Origin: Octopus vulgaris
Lineage: Eukaryota
NCBI GenBank assembly: GCA_951406725.2
Contig: OX597842.1
Coordinates: 3,534,001 to 3,598,000 of the forward strand
Reading direction: 5' to 3'
Length of the DNA stretch: 64,000 nucleotides
The notes beneath the pieces are model-generated. The model was given only the letters and a program-made list of their open reading frames with translations. It had not been told where the DNA came from and made no database searches. Positions 55,102 to 64,000 of this stretch are shown piece by piece. The translations under genes and the position numbers were made by a program. Position 1 is the first letter of the stretch. Each line of letters opens with the position of its first letter.

Positions 55102-56117
55102 GGGGGAGAGAGAGAAATATAGACACACCTATATACATACAGACTCACACACACGCAAACACGCACACACACACAAACACGTACATACACACACACACTT
55201 AACCGATTTCCAATTTAGTTTTCATAGGTGTCTGCAATGTGTAGCTGTGTCGAACAATTTATCTTTTCTGGTCGTTGTTCCAAAAATCATCTTTCAGATC
55301 GCTACCAGTTAAGGAACAGACTAACTAGTTAAGGGCGGACACGTGATGAGGTAAGCGAATACGTCCGTGTATTAAGGTCATGTGACAAGTTGAGTGAGGT
55401 CACGTCAATTCTTTTGAGAATAACAGAACAATGACTATGAAAGGTGAAATTCACGTCCAAAAATAAGGCTATTTTAGGGTTTTGGTTATGTCACAACAGA
55501 ATTCTTTCAGTTTCCACCTAAAAAATCCACTAAAGGTTTGTGCTCGTCCACGTTTCCACACTCTAGGATCGAACCCAGATATGTGGTTGAGAATCAAACC
55601 TCTTACCACGCAACCACGTCTTGCAAGCGTGTAGTGATGGTTTACGCTGACAGAGCCAAATTTTTCATTGAAAATACAGACGACAAAAACAAGGTATAAA
55701 TTTGTTGGGGGAACAAACGAGAAAGCTTTAACAGGGGACAAAGATGAACGACAAACCGCACGAAAATTACAGATTTGTTTAAAAAGCAGACATCTTCTTG
55801 ATGTAGTTGTTGTTCTCGTCCTGTGAATGTTGTTTGAGAGTGTATATGTGCGTGTATGACTTTCTGGATGTCAACATCCATGCTTTAAAGCGGATGACAT
55901 TATCATATCGTCTATGTGTGTGTGTGTGGGTGTGTGAGTGTGTGTGTGTGTGTGCATGTATATATGTATGTGTAATATGTGCTTGAGAGAATGTGTATAT
56001 GTGTAAGTTTTGTGAGGTTTGTGAGCCAGAGGGATGTATAGATGACAGAAAGAGATAGTATTTTTGCACGTATGTCTGTGTGTGTATATACACATAGATA
56101 TATGTACATATATGTAC

Positions 56118-56157
<40 letters not shown>

Positions 56158-56465
56158 GTATATATATTTATATATAGGCATATATATAGAGATACAACCG
56201 CAGATACAGACACACATTAATGAGAATACACACACACACATTAACACACTAGCACGGCAAAAGCAATATAATTCATTAATGGTCTTCAGGGCAGACGACA
56301 CCACTACACACGTAAAAAATAAATAAAATATATGTATATACATACATATGTATATTGTCCAATATGTGTGCGGTTAAATACATGTGTGTGGACGTAAATA
56401 TATATATATATATATATATGAAATACACACACACACACATACATACACATACATACATACATGCA

Positions 56466-56520
<55 letters not shown>

Positions 56521-56674
56521 ATCACTAGAATTCAAAGAGATTAACGACTGTGATCTTAGTCTGTTAGAGTAAATTATTGAACTAAAGTATGTATAAACAC
56601 ACACACACACACACATGCTTATATATGTGTGTGTGTGTGTGTATGATATATATGTGTGTATATATGTATGTGTG

Positions 56675-56707
<33 letters not shown>

Positions 56708-56708
56708 T

Positions 56709-56748
<40 letters not shown>

Positions 56749-57502
56749 CATGGATATATATATATATCCATGTGTACAAGTACTTAAGCACGCACGCACA
56801 CACATTCACGCACGCGCACGCACACAAGGTAATGCCGTAAGGAGTACAAGAAGAAGAAGAAGAGAGAAGAAGAAAAAGAAGAAGAAGAAGAAAAGGAATG
56901 TCGTCTGAAAAACGTGTTTTTATGTGTGTATGCGCGTATGATTCTTTTAACCTGTGTATGTATGCGTGTTTGCGTGTGTTTGTGTGTGCATGTGTGTGTG
57001 TGGGGGTGTGTGCTTTTCTGCTTGAAACGTATGAATTGTCCCCTCGTCACACCTCTTGTCCCCAATTTACCCCTCATTATAACTCCCTTCTACCCCTATT
57101 TTCTCACACCTCCCAACCACCACCACAACCAACAACGCCGCCGCAACCACCACCATCACCATCGTCACCACGCCGACTAAGACGACGGCAACCGCCACAA
57201 CCCTCCACCACCAAAACCACCACCACCACCGCCATCATCACCGCCTCCGTCAACGTTGCCACCGTCACCGCCGCCACCGTATATTTCATGTTTATTCATT
57301 TTGACAGCAAAGATGGACGCCGGCCGACATGATGATATTCTCCCGGAATTGGTTAAGGGCAGACGACATTGAGATAAAACGTCACATACACACACACAAA
57401 CACACACAGACACGCAAGGGGACACACATATAAACAGACAGACAGTGACGAATAAACATACACATGGACACAGACAAATACATACATATATATTAATACA
57501 TA

Positions 57503-57571
<69 letters not shown>

Positions 57572-58400
57572 GTGTCATCTACAGATACATGATATACAGA
57601 AGTACAGAAGATATATTTTTAGACAGACACATACATGCGTTTATTCATGCATACGCATACGCATACGCAGATAGACACAGTTATACGGTAAAACACACAC
57701 ACATATGTATATATACAGATATACACAAACACACGCATAGACACACGCATATATATATATACATAAAAACAAAAAACACATACACACATATATTTACATA
57801 CAGATAGATAGACATGCACATACAAACACACACACACACATATATATATATATACATGCATACAGTCAGACAGACATGCACACACACATACGCACACACG
57901 CACGCACACACGAACGGACACACGCAGACACACACACACATACATCAATCCACAAATTAAATAAGAAATAACTAAAAATTGAAACTGGATGAAGTCAGAC
58001 GACAGCCGAACACAATATGGAGGACATTGGACACGAAAAACTCCCATTTGCGGGGAGAAAAAAATGTTACCTACACAAACACATACAAACATATGCAGAA
58101 TCATACACGTACATATATACACCGCACACATACACCTTCACACATATACCTATATATACACTCTGACACACAACAGGACAAAAATACACAAGCATCCATA
58201 TATATATATATATATATACACGTATACATATACTGCTACATAGAAACATAGACTTATGCACACAGTTACGCATACATAGATGCACTCGTACATACACTGA
58301 AATAGCATACATATATAATTATATAGACAAATGCACGCATCCATAAATCTTCATAGATGCATACATACACAGCATACACAAACACACACAAACAGCCAGA

Positions 58401-58432
<32 letters not shown>

Positions 58433-58696
58433 GCTCTTACACACACTCACACAGATACGCACTCTTACATACACAAACGCAGTCTTTTTCTATCTTTCTG
58501 TCTCTCTTTTACACACACACACACACATATTTTTGCACAAGCTAACACATACAATCTGCCTCCTACACACACCTTTATATATCAACAAACACACCTATAC
58601 ATATATGTACTAATACATACGCACACTCTTCGCTCTCTTCCTTTGTCTCTCTCTCCTCTCCCTATCTTTCTTTACCCCTTTTTCCTACTCCCTCTT

Positions 58697-58734
<38 letters not shown>

Positions 58735-58757
58735 AGTCAATCTCTCTTTGTCCCTCT

Positions 58758-58791
<34 letters not shown>

Positions 58792-59229
58792 TTCTGGCAC
58801 ACATTTTCACACAGAACTAACTCTAATAAATGTACATACACATACACACACACACACACACATACAAAGTGACGCGCACACACACACACACACACAGACT
58901 TACACACACGCGAACACTCACTCACACACACATACACGTAAACACACACTTACACGCACGTACACTCTCTGTCACACACACACCCAAGATGGCCATTCTT
59001 CCCGCCCAGTAAAAAATAAACTTTAAATAATAATAAAAACCAGCAAATATCCAAGACATAATAATTTCGGTGCCATTTTAAGTAATATAGCACCTTTACC
59101 ATATTCTCTTACTGTCTGGATGCTTCTCCTTCTTTCATTCTTTTTTCATTTCTTCCATTCTCTCTTTCTTTTTGGTTTTTTGTCTTCAAGTCTCCCTTGC
59201 TTATTCCTCGGCATTTTTTTCTTGACATT

Positions 59230-60270
59230 CTTAATCTCGCTTTTTCTTTTTGCATCCTTTCTTCCTTTCATTCTTTCTTTCTTTCGTTCGTTCATTCGTT
59301 CTTCTTTCTTTGCTATCTGTCCTTCTTTCTTTCTTTCTTTCTTTCTTCCTTCCCTTATTTCGCTCATTCGTTGTTCGTTTCTTTCTTTCTCTGTTTCTTG
59401 CTTTCTTTCGCTCGTTCTTTCATTCTTCCTTTCATTCTTTCTTTCTTTCGTTCGTTCGTTCATTCGTTCTTCTTTCTTTGCTCTCCGTCCTTCTTTCTTT
59501 CTTTCTTTCTTTCTTCCTTCCCTTATTTCGCTCATTCGTTGTTCGTTTCTTTCTTTCTTTGTTTCTTGCTTTCTTTCGCTCGTTCTTTCATCCTTTCTTT
59601 CATTCTTCCTTTCATTCTTTCTTTCGTTCGTTAATTCGTTCTTCTTTCTTTGCTCTCTGTCCTTCTTTCTTTCTTTCTTTCTTTCTTTGTTTCTTGCTTT
59701 CTTTCGCTCGTTCTTTCATTCTTCCTTTCATTCTTTCTTTTTCTCTTTTTGTATTTATTTCTTTTGCTCATTCATTCCTTGTTTCTTCCTTCGTTCCTTG
59801 CTTTCTTTCTAATGCTCATTCGTTCTTTGTTTCTTTCTTTCGCTCGTTCTTTCATTCTTCCTTTCATTATTTCTTTTGCTCGTTCGTTCCTTGTTTCTTC
59901 CTTCTTTCCTTGCTTTCTTTCTAACGCTCATTCGTTCTTTGTTTCTTTCTTTCGCTCGTTCTTTCATTCTTGCTTTCATTCTTTCTTTTTCTCTTTTTGT
60001 ATTTATTTCTTTTGCTCATTCGTTCTTTGTTTCTTCCTTCTTTCCTTGCTTTCTTTCTAACGCTCATTCGTTCTTTGTTTCTTTCTTTCGCTCGTTCTTT
60101 CATTCTAGCTTTCATTCTTTCTTTTTCTCTTTTTGTATTTATTTCTTTTGCTCATTCGTTCTTTGTTTCTTCCTTCTTTCCTTGCTTTCTTTCTAACGCT
60201 CATTCGTTCTTTGTTTCTTTCTTTCGCTCGTTCTTTCATTCTTCCTTTCATTCTTTCTTTTTCTCTTTTT
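59230..60270 (+). repeat. Pyrimidine-rich higher-order repeat (about 168-bp, then 136-bp periods)
   Basis: ccttatttcgctcattcg at about 59353 and 59521; ctaacgctcattcg at 59921, 60057, 60193. Confidence 0.85.
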
Positions 60271-60968
60271 AATTCAATTATTTCACTCGTTCGTTCTTGC
60301 CTTTCTTTCTCTCTTTCTCTCGTTCGTTCTTCGTTTCTCTTCCTTTATTTTTCTTTCCCTTCCTCATTGTTTGTTTCTTTTTCATCCGTTGTTTCTTTCT
60401 TTCGTTCATTCGCTCGTTCATGTCTTTCTTTCTTTCTTCCTCCTAAATGTCAGTTTGTCTTTCATTCTTTCCGCATCTTACTTCTCATCATATATTTGTT
60501 TCAGTTTCCATAATATCGTTCTCTTCATTCTTTCTTTTCTTTCTTTCTTCCTTCCATCTTCTTCTTCCATCTTTCCTTCCTCATCATTTTTGCCTTCTTA
60601 ATTTGCCCTCTTCCTTCCTTCCTTCTTTCCTTCCTTCCTTCCTTCCTTCCTTCCTTCCTTCCTTCCTTCCTTTCTTTCCTTCCCTCCTGCTTCACCTTCT
60701 TTCTCTCTCTGAAACGGTAGAGCATCTAACAACTCTCTTCCCTGCAATTATTCCGGCCTCTTTAAATTCTGTGTTCATCCCTCACCAAAGCCAGTATTGT
60801 CTTCGATCCTCACCAGATCGATGAAATAAAGTACCAATAAAGTGCAGGGTGGGCGACATCATCTGATCGTCTCCTCTCATAATCACTGGCCTTGTATCAA
60901 TTTGCAAAGCATTATTTTATTATTTACACAGAATTTTATAGAATTCTATGCATTAAATTACGTAAATT

Positions 60969-61155
60969 AGGCGCAGGTGTGGCCGTGTGGTAAGAATTTT
61001 GCTTCCCAATCACATGGTTCCGGGTTCAGTCCCACTGCATAGCACCTTGGGTAAGTGTTTTCTATTATAGCCTCAGGCCGACCAAAGCCTTGTGAGTGGA
61101 TTTCCTAGACAGAAACTGAAAGAAGCCCATCGTACGTACATACATACATACATAT

Positions 61156-61232
<77 letters not shown>

Positions 61233-61555
61233 ATAAAATAGGGTAATAATAAATTATTATTACCAGTGGCCTAGCACAAAAAACGAATTAATCATTAGAC
61301 TATATAGTATTCATATAGAAATACATTGAGAGGTTTCCAAATAAGGAAGTGTTGTGCTAGAACACAAAAAGGGATAAATTCACGAAAGGAATGAAAATTA
61401 AAAACGTTTACCATCTCAACTATATCCCAGACCGAACGTTTCTAACTATTTCCAGCAAAAAGGTATTTGCTGAAGGCCAGTTTCTTCAGTGGGACAGCCT
61501 TTAGAATCCAGGGATTTGTGTTCTAGCACAACGCTTTCCTATTTGGAAGCCTTTT

Positions 61556-61610
<55 letters not shown>

Positions 61611-61950
61611 ATATATATATACATATATATATACGCACACACACACGCACGAATGGGTCAATAGGAGTGTATTGTGTTACGTGAATAATATATAGTAATA
61701 AACAAACGGACGGTAAGGCATTCTAAATGCACTGAATGCATATGCATGTGTGTGTGTGTGTGTGTGTGTGTGTGCTTGACAACTGGTGTTGGTCTGTTGG
61801 TGTGTTGGTCTGTAACATAGCTGTTTGGCAAAAGAGAGCGGCAGAATAAGTACCAGATTTTTTAAAAGTACTTGGTCGATTCGTTCGTCTAAAATTTTTC
61901 AAGGCGGGGCCCCAGCATGGCCGCAGTCTAATGGCTGAAACAAGTGAAAG
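60969..61950 (+). mobile_element. CORE-like SINE halves flanking an expanded TA tract that hosts a PLE-like fold-back (61230-61560)
   Basis: 5' half at 60969-61132, 3' half at 61770-61950. Confidence 0.65.
61425..61494 (-). ncRNA. Hammerhead ribozyme, canonical core, GUC triplet
   Basis: tccca-CTGAAGA-AACT...(ttcagcaaa/tttgctggaa)...AGTT-a-GAAA-C gttcg G-TC-tggga. Confidence 0.75.
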
Positions 61951-62104
61951 GTGAAAGACAAAAAATGGAATTACTGTGTGTGTCTTTCTTGAAGATAGTG
62001 AAATAGAAACTGCTTTGCAATGTGTCATCTTTACGGTGAAGGGCCCTGCCTAAATCATTATGTCTTCCGTCTTCTTCACAGCAAAGACATATCTAAAAAG
62101 AAAA

Positions 62105-62760
62105 TTTGTCAGTTCGACTCGTGGTCCCAGCGGACAAAATGGAAAACCGTTACCCCGGAAGATCTCGAGGGAAATGCTCTAGAACAGCCATTCTGACGCA
62201 CGAGGATAGCCATCTCCGTCCCCGATAGAGATGAGCAGATGATAAAGGCGGCGAGCTGGCAGAACCGTTAGCACGCCGGGCGAAATGCTTAGCCGTATTT
62301 CGTCTGCCGTTACGTTCTGAGTTCAAATTCCGCCGAGGTCGACTTTGCCTTTCATCCCTTTCAGGGTCGATAAATAAAGTACCAGTTTCGCACTGGGGTC
62401 GATGTAATTGACTTAATCCGTTTGTCTGTCCTTGTTTGTCCCCTCTATGTTTAGCCCCTTGTGGGCAGTAAGGAAATAGATATATGATCCGGGGACCGAG
62501 AACCCCGGAGGTCTCCACCGCCACCGGCTCGACCATAAACGTGTCAGAGAGCGACCGATACTTTGACAGTTTTTCTCAGCCTCACGAGCAGCGGATCCTG
62601 GTCTGGTAGCTGAAAACACCAACTCACCAAGTTGCCGTTGGAGACGATGTAACAGCATGTGGTATTCCCGAAGTGGGGACTACCACCACGGAACGAGAAA
62701 ATCGTCATACATTCAGGCCTTTTACCTTCCACTCGGTCTAGTTCCCTACCGGGGCACAAG
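62105..62760 (-). mobile_element. CRE-clade RLE retrotransposon 3' remnant, interrupted by a SINE
   Basis: LDRVEGKRPECMTIFSF...PGSAAREAEK...KYRSL...EPVAVETSGVLGP | ...RASEWLF*SISLEIFRGN follows CRE motifs DGKRPDG, PVAVETxGxxG and QRLSxxxxRGN. Confidence 0.8.
62247..62478 (+). mobile_element. Full-length Meta-type SINE
   Basis: Highly similar to 4154-4384. Confidence 0.92.
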
Positions 62761-62824
62761 TCCGGGCAATTTTTTTTAATTTTTTATGGAAGACCAGAAG
62801 TTACCCATGCCATTATTTATACAT

Positions 62825-63135
62825 AGGGTAAAGAGTAAAGACCCCCTTCGGTCATGAATGACCATCGGATTGCACCTAGAACGTTTTCCTCCAAGGTACA
62901 AGTCCGGGCAAGGCTGTTTATGGAAGACCAGCAGTCGCCCATGTATCCAAGGAAAAGACAAAGGGGCCGATACAGCTTGGCACCAGTGACATTGCAACTC
63001 ATTTCTACAAATGAGTGAACTGGAGCAACGTGAAATAAAGTGTCTTGCTGAAGTATGCTACACATAGACCAGTCGAGGAATCGATCTCACTACCTCATGG
63101 TTATGAGCCTGACGCTCTAACCACGGAGCCACTGT
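62825..63135 (-). mobile_element. tRNA SINE with CORE-like middle and a different tail
   Basis: Head tggctccgtggttagag...gatcgattcc; middle gcaagacactttatttcacgttgctccagttcactc. Confidence 0.65.
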
Positions 63136-63213
63136 CTGCGTCACCGCCAAGATCATCTTCAGCAACGTCATCATTGACATCCTCATCTTCATCCACCAGT
63201 AAAGCTATCACTT

Positions 63214-63249
<36 letters not shown>

Positions 63250-63659
63250 CCACCACCACAACTAACAGCAGCAGCAACAACAGTATCACTCTCCCCCCCG
63301 CCACAACCTCCACCAGCGTTATTATCACCGTCAATACCATCACCAATATCATGGCCCCTGGACCACCACCACCACCGCTACTACATCAATTCCACCATGA
63401 CCACCACCACAACAACTAACGACGATAACACCACCAACGTCAACACCGCAACCATCCCCCCACCACGACCACCACCGCTGATGCGTTGTCCCTCTCGATC
63501 GAGGAACCAAACGAAATTTGACACCTGTCTTTTGTTCTGTCTGATCACGTGACCAACATCCACCCACCCAGCCCGTCTGCACCCCCAACTCTTCTAGTCG
63601 GTTCCTACATGCAATTCCCGTCTCCCTACTTTTCCATTACCTTCTCGAATTACATTTTC

Positions 63660-64000
<341 letters not shown>

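Overview
AT-rich eukaryotic DNA dominated by microsatellites and transposon fragments. The SINE repertoire and the (TA)n/(TACA)n/(TAA)n density look like a cephalopod, probably Octopus; this is inferred from repeat style only. I found no convincing host protein-coding exon, and almost all ORF-track entries are microsatellite translations. The real coding remnants are all mobile elements: RTE and CR1 LINE 3' ends, at least three groups of restriction-like-endonuclease (RLE) non-LTR elements (R4-like in TACA repeats, Dong/R4-like in TAA repeats, CRE-like), an internally deleted rosa/DD41D Tc1-mariner element, and mariner MITEs. The most notable hidden signal is about 18 hammerhead-ribozyme motifs, 8 with canonical cores. 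They fall into about 9 sequence families of TA-flanked, often palindromic, non-coding Penelope-like fragments, some carrying a ribozyme on each strand. Other points of interest are a 39 x 29-bp satellite grown from the end of a dispersed element, a 6 x 144-bp array of Pol III SINE heads, and a cluster of five CAGACGACA motifs. All calls were made by eye, and coordinates are approximate at repeat edges.
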